Below, piece by piece: positions 20,852 through 30,728 of a stretch of DNA of 64,000 bases; position 1 is the first letter of the stretch, and every line of letters starts with the position of its first letter. This DNA comes from an uncultured Verrucomicrobiae bacterium (GTDB lineage Bacteria > Verrucomicrobiota > Verrucomicrobiia > Chthoniobacterales > UBA10450), in contig CAWFGO010000005.1 in assembly GCA_963815455.1 (NCBI GenBank), positions 224,001-288,000 on the forward strand, in the 5' to 3' direction. The position numbers were made by a program, and so were the translations under genes. The notes under the pieces are model-generated. The model saw nothing but the letters and a program-made list of their open reading frames with translations, searched no databases and had not been told where the DNA came from.

Positions 20852-21538
20852 TCACTTCGGTGTTGCGACAGCTTGTTCCACGACCTTAATAACGAAGCTC
20901 TTTCTCTCCGCTGCTAATGCGGCCGATTCATTCGGCGACGATGCGGCCGGTATACCGCCAGAAATTACCGAGAGTGAAGCGCGAAATTCTCCTTCGCGAT
21001 TCGCCGGAACATCGACAAGGACACTGACATGATGTTGATCCGGAATTCCTTTCGTGGCTGAGCCGCCAAGCCGTTCTGCGGCGGCGGCAATCTCATCGGC
21101 CACCGAATCGAGCCGTCCGGGAGCAGCCGAAATGCTGACTTCACTCACGTCCAGGGTCGGTGCCGGAGGCAGCGCAGACGCCGCGGCTTGTTCCAGCGAT
21201 TTGGTGATTTGATCGCGAGTTTGTTGTTCGAGCAATTTCCGATTCGGGTTCTTGCCTCGCTGATGGGCAATGATCCAAAGACCCGCGCCAACATTGATGG
21301 CCATGAGAATGATAAATGCGACGCCGACCCGCCACGCCATTTTCCGGCCGCGTGCTGTAACCGCGGCATTGGGCAATAGCACTTCACGGGACTCGCCTTC
21401 CATGCCGGCATGAATCCGGCGGGCGACAGCCAGCTCACGCTGCAATTGCGGATCCGAGATCAGACGCGCCTCGAAATCGGCCCGTTCGCTGGCCGACAAT
21501 TTTCCGTCGAGATAATTGAAAAGTTTATCGGGATTCAT
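20852..21538 (-). CDS. Anti-sigma-factor-like single-pass membrane protein
   Basis: LFNYLDGKLSASERADFEARL..LQREL N-terminus, then one TM helix. Confidence 0.6.
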   Translation of the reverse strand: MNPDKLFNYLDGKLSASERADFEARLISDPQLQRELAVARRIHAGMEGESREVLLPNAAVTARGRKMAWRVGVAFIILMAINVGAGLWIIAHQRGKNPNRKLLEQQTRDQITKSLEQAAASALPPAPTLDVSEVSISAAPGRLDSVADEIAAAAERLGGSATKGIPDQHHVSVLVDVPANREGEFRASLSVISGGIPAASSPNESAALAAERKSFVIKVVEQAVATPK

Positions 21539-21794
21539 TTTGCGCAGGCACAGCGTGACGCGAGACTCGCTTGGGCGCAATGGGCAATCTGGGCTGTCAG
21601 AAAAGCCGGGCTCAAATGTCCATCCCGGAATTCACAAAAAAAGCTTGCGTTGGCGCAAGATGCCGCCGCAAAATCGCGTTCATGACCGGCTACCCGTCCC
21701 CTACGGGCTCGCCGCGCGGCGAGTCGCGGCCCCCAAATGCATTTTTGGGAATTTCGCCCGCCAAATTCTGGAGGAGAACAGTGAAAGGATTCTT

Positions 21795-24700
21795 ATGAGA
21801 AATCTCGTCCGTTTTACGTGGCTGGCCGCCCTTGCCGGCCTTTTCCTGATGGCCGCCACCCCGCGCCAGTTGCTGGCCCAAGGCGAGACGAACCCAACCG
21901 GAGTTTCTGGAATTTTTAATGGCAATACTGCGACTGCGGATTCGGTGAGCACATATGATTGTTGGACTGGGAATTTTATGCGCGGCCCCATCGATGACGT
22001 TGTTGTGCCTGGCACAGTTGGTGCCTATCCCCTGAAGTTTAGCCGAACCTACAATAGCCAAGGGTTAGCAGGTTGGGCGCAAGACACATTGGTTTCCGGT
22101 GCTCTGGGAAACTCGATGGGGCAATACTGGCGGCATTCGTACTCCCTTACCGTGGGAGACTGGGGAGGGGGGCCACCGACAGACTGGCACGAAGGTGAAG
22201 GGTTCGTTTTCCCAGACGGCCGCGTGATCTCCGCTGATCCCACTTCTAACTTTCCTCCGATCGAGGAACGATTCGACGATGCAACGCACAATTGGGTGAT
22301 GGCTGATGGCGGGAAAGTTCATCTCGGTTACAGCTGGGGATTTGCTGGGGCCTCCGGCATATCCGCCGACAGCATAATCGATCCTTATGGCCAGGTGACA
22401 ACAATCGAGCATGATCCTCCATGCCAGAACTGCTCGGCCCGAAACCGGATCAAGAAAGTCACAGATGTGGGGAGCGGGAAGTATTTGGAGTTTACTTACT
22501 ACGACCTTCCGGGTGAGCCGGACAGTCTCGGTCTGATCCAGAAGGTGGAGGCACACGACAGTAATGGCGACTCAATGGGGATATCGGCCGAGGTACAGCT
22601 ATGTAAAGCACGATAACCGCTGGTACCTGACCGGGGTGGACTACAGCGATGGAACACATGCTCTTTACACCTGGGATTTCGGTGCAAATCCAGTGTACAT
22701 GAAGAGCGCAGACGATTCGCATTACTCTGGCGCCATGCGTCACATCGAGTATGGCAGCCACAACCACATTAATGGCGAATGGAAACAATGGACCTCAAAC
22801 AACAATTCAACTCTGGTTTCAGGCCTCGACACAAACTTCGAGAACGATGGAAACGGGAATTATGTGCGCACCGAGAAGCGCGGCGATGACGCGACGCGCT
22901 CCTTTACATACAAGAAGGACATTGTAGAAGGCTGCTCTGACCCTCCCGAAGGCCAGCCCCACCCCAACCATTGCCTGGGACCTTTTTTTGGCTATTTGCT
23001 GAAATACACGGACTTCAACGGCAAGCTGACAACGATCGAATATTACGACAGTCAGTATATCAGAGCCGTAACCGACGCGAATGGCAATGTTACTGAATAC
23101 GTCCGGAATTATACCGGGCAGAACGGATCATGGGCGATTACCAAGATCATCTACCATCCTCCTGAGCATGCTAACCTTGCAACGTGTGGCGGCAACTCTA
23201 ACCCATGCAACGACCCCTTCATCGAACAGTCGTTTACCCCCGATCCGGGCACGACGGACCACCACAAATATCCCTACTACCTGGCCAGCCGAACAGCGCT
23301 AAGAAAGCCGGGCGACGCGGCGCACACGACATCGTTTACCCGAAACCCTGCGACCGCGCCCAATCCGAATGCCGTTATCAGGATCGATTATCCAGACGGC
23401 GGGTCCGAGACATTTACATACAACGCGAAGGGACAGGTCCTAACCCATCGCCTGAAGAACAGTGCCTACGAACATTTCGAGTATGACTCAAACTGGCGAT
23501 TAATTAACAAGTGGAATCCTACCTGGAGCAGCACGCCTTTGCCGAATGATCCTAAAGTTAGTTACACTTATTACGGACCCAATGATCATCCGGCGTGGAG
23601 TGAGAGAGTAAAAACTGAAACGCTGCCTGCCAACGGTTCCGGCTTCCAGGCGTCGAATACGTACGAGTATGATCGCGAATTCGTAACTGAACCTGAGTTT
23701 GGATTCCCGACAAACAGCGGGAATGAACGCGCCGGTCGTGGATTGGTGACCAAGATTACGCATGCCGATGGGACCTTTCAGCAATTCCGGCACAACAGTT
23801 TCGGTGACAAGATTTGGGAGAAAAATGAAATGGGTCAGCGCACCGTTTACACCTACGACGAATACGGCCGGGTCACCAACGTCAAGGACCCGCTAGATAA
23901 TCTAGCCACGAGTAGCTATGTGAAGTGGGGGCAGACGAGTAGCTACGTTACGACATCTTCATTGCCGTTTGTCACCACGCTGCCGAGCGGCAAACAGACC
24001 TATTTTTATTACGACGCGAATTGGAGAAAAGATCACGTCACCCAGGCGCCCAATACGGCGGACGCAGCCACGACCTGGTTTACCTATGACGATGTCGGCA
24101 ATCTAGAGACGCAGACAAATCCGCGCGGGAAAATCACGACCTATTTCTACGATTGGCTCAATCGCGTGACCGATGTCGATGATCCAATGGTCAATGCGTC
24201 GCCGGTGGCACACCAGAACAGCCGGGGCCACACGATCAGCTACGATTATTACGGGACCGGCATGAAGGAACGCGAGATTCGGGCCAACGATCAGGAGATC
24301 CACTACGACCAATACGATTCGATGAATAGGCTCTTGCAGGTCACGACGCACCGCGACGCTACCTACGCCGATGTTCGGAGTATGACCTATGATTGGGCGG
24401 GCAACATTCGCACCCGCACGGATGAACGCGGCAACGTGTATACGTATGGGTATGACGAGGCGAACCGCAAGGTAATGCTCTTGTATCCACGAGTCGGGCA
24501 GCATGGACTAGCCGTCTATGAAGAGTGGTCTTACGACGCTGCGGGAAATGTCCGAACGTCCAAGACTCGGGCGAACCAGGTCGCGACGTTCGGTTACGAC
24601 AACCGGAATCGCCAGACTAGCGCGACCTGGAGCGATATACCCCCGCAGTGAACAGGACATACGACCCTGCCGGCCGAGTGCTCAGTGAAATCAGCAGTGT

Positions 24701-26616
24701 CAGCTGTATCAGCGACACCTACGATGCCGCCGGGCGTCTCACCAGCGAAACCCAGCAAATATTGCCCAATTACAAACCGGTTTCGGTAATTTATCATTAC
24801 GATGAGACTGCCGGGAGCGCGGGAAGAGATGGGCTGCGGACGGGCGTCGATTATCCTTACGGCGGCACTGTCGCTTACGGCTACACATTTCGAAATCAGA
24901 TCCAAAGCATCGGCTTTGGCGGCGCGACAGGGAATTATGAATACGACGCGAACGGCAATGAGGGAACCCGAACTTTGGGCAATGGCGCGAGCGAGAGTTG
25001 CACCTACAATGATGTCGACCGACTGACCCTGCTCAATCATGTGAGGAGCAGCACGAGTTTTTCGCGCTTCGATTACACGCACAACAAGGTGAGCGATTGC
25101 CTCACCCGGACGGAGACAGCCGCCGGTGTGGCGAAGCTGGATAAATTTGCTTACGATTTGGATGATCAGGTAACCGAAGCGCGCTACAATTTCGATGAGC
25201 AGCACAGCACGCAGGACCGGATTTGCAATTATGATTACGACGCGACCGGGAACCGGAGCACGATGACCGACAACGGTACGCCGACCAATTACGCGGTGAA
25301 CGAATTGAACCAATATACGGCGGCCGGGACCGGCGCGATGGATTACGATGGGAACGGGAATCTCACCAGCCAGGGAGTATGGACATACGTTTACGACGCC
25401 CAGAACCGGCTGGTCAGCGCGATCAGTCCGAGTAGCCGGATCGATTTCGTTTACGATGCGCGGAACCGATGCGTGAGCCGGACGACATCGATGGGATTGA
25501 TACAGGGGCCGGTGTCGCTTTTCTATTACGACGGCTGGGAATTGATCGAAGAACGCGATGCCGGTAACACTCTGGTTGCACAATATGTGCACGGGGCGCG
25601 CGAGGACGAGATGATCGCCAAGATCGACAGTTACGGCACGGTCTATTATCACACCGATGCCGAAGGCAGCGTCGTGGCATTGACCAATTCGAGCGGAAAC
25701 GTGGTTGAGCGCTACAAGTATGACGCCTTCGGCAAACCGAGCTTCCTCGACTCAACCTCTCAACCCATCAACGGCTCAACCGTCGGCAACCGCTTCTTGT
25801 TCACCGGCCGGGAATGGATGGTCGATCTCGAGCTCTACGATTACCGCAACCGCGCGTATTCACCTGAGTTCGGCCGTTTTCTCCAGAGTGATCCCAAGAG
25901 CTTCGACGCCGATCCGAGTAATCTCTATCGCTATTGCGGCAACGAGCCCCTGGATCGAACCGACCCGATGGGCTTGGCGCCGGTGGAGCAGCAGGAGAAA
26001 AAAGATCGAGACGCAAACGAAGTCGGACGACTCCGAACCCAGCCTTAGCTACGCCGGCGCATTAAGTCGTGGCGTGCATCAAATTTGGAATACGGCGCAT
26101 CATGTTGGAATTACAATGGCCCACACAAGTAACGAAGCACATCCAAATAGAAAATCACCTGAAGGGTTCTGGCACGATACTCCTGGGCCAGACGGCTTGG
26201 TGCCGTTGAGTGCTGAAATGAAGCGCCTGATGATATCGGGTTTACGAACAAATGAAGGCGAAAGTGGAAGCGAAATAAATAAGGCAGTTTGGGTTGATCC
26301 CAAAACGAAAAGCCTCACGCCATCCACTACGACAACAGGCTCAAAGTCGTTTCAAGGCGGGCAACAAGGCTTTCCCCCAATTCCGCCAAAGGGTTCAGGG
26401 CTGCTTATCGGCGCTGATATGCACAGCCACACGTACCCTCCGGGTCGCCTGACAGGAAACGAAGGGCCCGGTGGGCACGACTTTCGCTTTGGAAATGCGG
26501 CGTTAGTTCCTGTTGGCGTCAGATCACCTGGTGGTGCGATCTTTATCTATCGAGCGTATGTCAACGCAAACTGGAAATCGAGTAATAAGTATGGCGTGCT
26601 TGAGGGGCCCTATTAG
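21795..26616 (+). CDS. RHS/YD-repeat polymorphic toxin, about 1600 aa when joined (3 apparent frameshifts near 22590, 24635 and 26000), with signal peptide and JAB-like C-terminal domain
   Basis: Signal peptide, FSRTYNS, many YD repeats, FTGREW..RAYSPEFGRFLQSDP..NLYRYCGNEPLDRTDPMG core end; tail with E..MHSHT..GHD. Confidence 0.88.
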
Positions 26617-26648
26617 ACATTATCCATTAACTACGTAAACGACCCTGT

Positions 26649-27182
26649 ATGATGGACAAACAAGTGGTTCCCAGAGTCAAAATTCCAAGATCGAGGTTCT
26701 TTCTCCGCACAGTCCTCGCCCTTGCGCTCCTTGGCACTGCAAAAATTGTGGTGACAAGTGCTGAAACCCCGCCTAGTTCGAAAGTCGTTTCATTCAAGGA
26801 GCTTTTGGGTCATCCGAAGCGATATAATGGCAAGCGTCTCTCAGTGCGCGCGTACTTGGTCACGTCCTGCATGCATTGCCGTGAGTTATGGGTAACTGTC
26901 GGTGCGGCTAGGGACCCTCACCAGCATTCCAACACTGTGCGCAACACTATTGCATTCGGAGATTTCGCGTCTAATGGACATTTACCTCAACAGCTTGTGC
27001 GAAAGATACAGAATGGCCAATACGATGGCTACGTTGAGGTTACTGGCATCTTCCGATATGTCCGCGAAACGGAGAACAACCCTTTTACAGGCTTTGGTTG
27101 GCGTGGTCTGGCAGATAAGGAAATAACTGACATTACCGAGCTAAAACCTATGAGACCGCCAATCCCTGCTGGAATCAAGTGA
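26649..27182 (+). CDS. Putative immunity protein 1 (exported, possibly OB-fold-like)
   Basis: Directly after toxin tail; hydrophobic N-terminal segment; SFKELLGHPKRYNGKRLSVRAY, CxxC, VEVTGIF. Confidence 0.6.
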   Translation: MMDKQVVPRVKIPRSRFFLRTVLALALLGTAKIVVTSAETPPSSKVVSFKELLGHPKRYNGKRLSVRAYLVTSCMHCRELWVTVGAARDPHQHSNTVRNTIAFGDFASNGHLPQQLVRKIQNGQYDGYVEVTGIFRYVRETENNPFTGFGWRGLADKEITDITELKPMRPPIPAGIK

Positions 27183-27277
27183 TTTTCCGGAGCAAGGGCA
27201 GGGGCAAAACGGGTCATGTTAGGGTTGCATTGATTTGACGGACAGTGGGCTAAGGGTCAAAAACCCGAGGAACCCAC

Positions 27278-27626
27278 ATGAAGACGCAGTTAAGGAAGAC
27301 GGCTCGCGAGAGGGCGAGCTACACCGAAGAGATACAAGCAGGAGGCGCTGGAGCTATGGCGGTCCAGCGGCCGCAGTGCAGCGAAGGTAGCAGCGGAGCT
27401 GGGCATTCGTCCTCCGTTGCTCTATCGCTGGGCGCATTTGGAACGCACATCGAGCGTTTCGAAAAGCGAGTCGAAGTCGAAGCGCAGCGTGGAAGCGCTC
27501 GAAGCGGAGATCCGGCGCTTGCGCGCGGAGAACGCCAAGCTTTTAGAGCAGCGTGAAGTCTTAAAAAAATCTCTGGGCATCCTCTCCGAAGTGCCGCCCA
27601 GAGGTATGCCCGAATCGAGCAGATGA
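27278..27626 (+). CDS. IS3 OrfA (HTH; one-base shift near 27332)
   Basis: SYTEE-YKQEAL..VAAELGI..LYRW..EIRRLRAENAKL..EVLKK. Confidence 0.85.
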
Positions 27627-28468
27627 GCGGCCAACACAAAGTCGCCTGGTTATGTGAGGCGTTGCTGGTCTCACGCAGCGGTTACTACGACTGGATTAGA
27701 CGGCGCACCACTCCAGGACCGCGGCAACAACAGAACACGTTGCTACGCCAGCGCATCCGTGAAGAGTTCACTCGTAGTCGTCAAACCTACGGCAGTCCGC
27801 GCCTGGCCCAGGTCCTGGGATGCCCGGGTCGACGCAATCGTATCGCCCGTCTCATGCGGGCAGAGCGTCTCTTCGCGCGACAACGCTCCAAGTATCGAGT
27901 AGCCACCACCGACAGCCGCCATGGCGGACCCATTGCGCCTAACCGGTTTAAACACCTCATCGTCAAACGGCCCAACCAAGTTTGGACGACCGACGCGACC
28001 TGCGTTCTCACCGGCCAAGGATGGTTGTATCTTGTCGCCGTGCTGGATGTCTTTACCCGGCGCGTGATCGGCTGGGCCATGCATCAAATCCTCGATGCTC
28101 AGTTGGTCATCACCGCTCTGCGCATGGCTTTGAACCAGCGTCAGCCAACTACACAACTCATCCTCCACTCCGATCGCGGTCGCCAGTTCGCCAGCGCTGC
28201 TTATCGCCAAGTGCTCGCTCAGCACCGCCTAACCGCTTCGATGAGTCGCAAAGGCAACTGCTACGACAACGCCCACATCGAGTCCTTCTGGAGCACTCTC
28301 AAATACGAACTGGTCTATCACCACCGCTTCAGCAGCTACGCTCAAGCTCGTACTGCAATCTTCGACTACATCGAAACCTTCTATAACCGCGTCCGGCTGC
28401 ACTCCAGTCTTGACTACCAAAGCCCTATCAACTTTGAATCCAAACTAAACCAAATTACCCTTACCTAA
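27623..28468 (+). CDS. IS3 OrfB DDE transposase
   Basis: VSRSGYY, YGSPR, WTTD, LHSDRG, CYDNAHIESF, YNRVRLHS. Confidence 0.95.
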   Translation: MSGQHKVAWLCEALLVSRSGYYDWIRRRTTPGPRQQQNTLLRQRIREEFTRSRQTYGSPRLAQVLGCPGRRNRIARLMRAERLFARQRSKYRVATTDSRHGGPIAPNRFKHLIVKRPNQVWTTDATCVLTGQGWLYLVAVLDVFTRRVIGWAMHQILDAQLVITALRMALNQRQPTTQLILHSDRGRQFASAAYRQVLAQHRLTASMSRKGNCYDNAHIESFWSTLKYELVYHHRFSSYAQARTAIFDYIETFYNRVRLHSSLDYQSPINFESKLNQITLT

Positions 28469-28555
28469 CTGTCCGAGAAATCAGGGCAAGCCCATGTCTT
28501 TATTCTTGTCATGAATGCATTGGCTAACGAATACAAACGATTCGGTTTAGAATTT

Positions 28556-30107
28556 TAATCACGTCAAAAACAGCACAAGTTTTTCCCGGTTCGATTACAC
28601 GCATAATCGGGTGAACGGTTGCCTCACCCGGACGGAAACGAACCCCACCGCGGCTGTGTTGGACAAATTTGAGTATGATCTGGACGATCAGGTAACCGAA
28701 GCGCGCTACAATTTCGATGAGCAGCACAGCACGCAGGACCGGATTTGCAATTATGATTACGACGCGACCGGGAACCGGAGCACGGTGACCGACAACGGTA
28801 CGCCGACCAATTACGCGGTGAACGAATTGAACCAATATACGGCGGCCGGGACCGGCTCGATGGATTACGATGGGAACGGGAATCTCACCCACCAGGGAGT
28901 ATGGATGTACGTTTACGACGCCCAGAACCGGCTGGTCAGCGCGATCAGTCCGAGTAGCCGGATCGATTTCGTTTACGATGCGCGGAACCGATGTGTGAGC
29001 CGGACGACGTCGATGGGATTGATCCAGGGGCCGGTGTCGCTTTTCTACTACGATGGCTGGGAATTGATCGAAGAACGCGATGGCAGTAACACGCTGGTTG
29101 CACAATATGTGCACGGCGCGCGGGAGGACGAAATGATCGCCAAGATCGACAGCTACGGCACGGTCTATTATCACACCGATGCCGAAGGCAGCGTGGTCGC
29201 GCTGACTGACACGAACGGCAATGTGATCGAGCGCTACAAATACGACATCTTCGGCAAGCCGACCATTCTTGACCCGTCACTCGTCCCTCGTCCCTCGTCA
29301 CTGTTTGGTAATCGCTTCTTGTTCACCGGAAGAGAATGGTTGCCCGACCTGGACCTCTACGATTACCGCAACCGCGCGTATTCACCCGAGTTCGGCCGTT
29401 TCCTCCAGAGTGATCCCAAGAGCTTCGACGCCGATCCGACTAATCTCTATCGCTACTGTGGCAATGAACCATTGGATCGAACCGACCCGATGGGATTGGG
29501 GTCTGTTATTGTCGATGGTGAAACGGACATTTTGACACAACAAGCTGGCGATCAAAATAGGGCGGCATCACTTAATGAGCCTTGGTATCGGCACACGGTT
29601 CGATGGGGAGGACGGCAAATGGAGAGATCGGAATACGGGACGACCGTCTGGCAACAGGATGGAACAACCAATAAGGGAAAATCCTCTGTCTATACCAATT
29701 TCAGTAATCAGTTTGTAATCCCAAAAGACTATGTCGGCAAGACCTCGTTGGTCTATACGCATTTTCATCCAAACGATGATTTCAGTAGGGCTACTGGGTC
29801 TCATTTGTCGATCGGTGATGTCTCTGTTGCGATTGCGACGGGGAAGACCGTTCAAGTACGGACGGTGTCTGGCATAGAGGAAAGGTACAGACCATCCAAT
29901 AAACGAACGTGGGAGCAACGATATGACGAAGGGGGAATTTATGAACAGCGAGATGGCAAAGGTAAATGGTCTCAATTGCCGACCGGAAGGAATGACATAC
30001 CTTACTATCGTGTTGAGAAGGCAGCTCACGCTCCCAGGCCCGCCCCGCTCGAGGCTACGCGTTCTGAACCCCGAACCCACATTTACTTTATTCAAATCAT
30101 ACACTAA
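28556..30107 (+). CDS. Orphan RHS module (3' core duplicate plus a different JAB/DUF4329-like toxin domain)
   Basis: Near-identical to 25164-25973 (offset 3522) up to DPMG; tail EYG..YTHFHP..HLSIGD; no N-terminal part. Confidence 0.88.
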
Positions 30108-30231
30108 CCGAAAATGGTGAAGGTAATCGCAATGATCTGTCTGGCTTCAAGTAGATCGAGTGAATCGAAGTATCGTTCATGCGCTGAATGCCAACGACTG
30201 TGCTTTTTTGCGCGGACCGCGACCTAAGGTA

Positions 30232-30645
30232 ATGAACCGTGCGAAATATGTTCTTTTCGGGACGATAATTGTTATTTCGTTTCTTTTAGGTCTTGGTTTG
30301 GGTATCCACCTTGCCGCACCGGGGGAAGCGTCCATCCCTTCGGAAGAGTTTACCCAGTATTGCTTGCTCACATGGGGCAGTAAATCGAACGACTTCTGCT
30401 TCGCTCTTATGCTCGAGTATAAGCGTGGGGATTTCCTACACAGTTGGACAAGCAAATGGGGAGCGAAGTGTGGCCTTGCTCAACTAAAAGAGGCATTAGC
30501 CGTCCTGCCCAGCGGCACACATGTATTCTGGAACACTTGGCCGCCAAGAAAGTGCTATTACCCAGAGGAGCGCATCGTGAACGAAGTCCGCGAGTTCGCG
30601 AAAAATAAGGGTGTTTATCTAGAACTTTTGCCTGCTTTGCGGTAG
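30232..30645 (+). CDS. Putative immunity protein 2 (N-terminal membrane anchor)
   Basis: Follows orphan toxin; VLFGTIIVISFLLGLGLGI hydrophobic segment; visibly AT-richer. Confidence 0.6.
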   Translation: MNRAKYVLFGTIIVISFLLGLGLGIHLAAPGEASIPSEEFTQYCLLTWGSKSNDFCFALMLEYKRGDFLHSWTSKWGAKCGLAQLKEALAVLPSGTHVFWNTWPPRKCYYPEERIVNEVREFAKNKGVYLELLPALR

Positions 30646-30681
30646 TAGGGTTGCCCTAAATTGACGGACAGTGGCCTAAGG
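30646..30681 (+). mobile_element. Isolated IS3 left end
   Basis: TAGGGTTGCCCTAAATTGACGGACAGTGGCCTAAGG versus IRL at 27220 TAGGGTTGCATTGATTTGACGGACAGTGGGCTAAGG. Confidence 0.85.
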
Positions 30682-30728
30682 CGCTGTTCGTTTGCTCCTT
30701 GGCTCCGAGCAAATAGAGTGGTTCCCTC

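Larger units (their letters stand above)
27220..28494 (+). mobile_element. IS3-family insertion sequence, 1275 bp
   Basis: 36-bp imperfect IRs (TAGGGTTGCATTGATTTGACGGACAGT.. / ..ACTGTCCGAGAAATCAGGGCAAGCCCA, 27/36 match by eye), 3-bp TGT target duplication, orfA/orfB, A7 run at 27563-27569. Confidence 0.93.

Noticed and set aside
21516..21794. Upstream extension of the RHS ORF
   Set aside because: It overlaps the divergent gene; ATG 21795 has an AAGGA ribosome site and begins the signal peptide
24594..24660. RHS as two genes joined by a GTGA overlap
   Set aside because: Adding one base gives continuous YD-repeat sequence (..TPAVNRTYD..); consistent with the window-wide indel pattern
25164..29495. 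RHS duplicate as a diversity-generating retroelement TR/VR pair
   Set aside because: No reverse transcriptase, differences are not adenine-specific, and the layout matches ordinary orphan RHS modules
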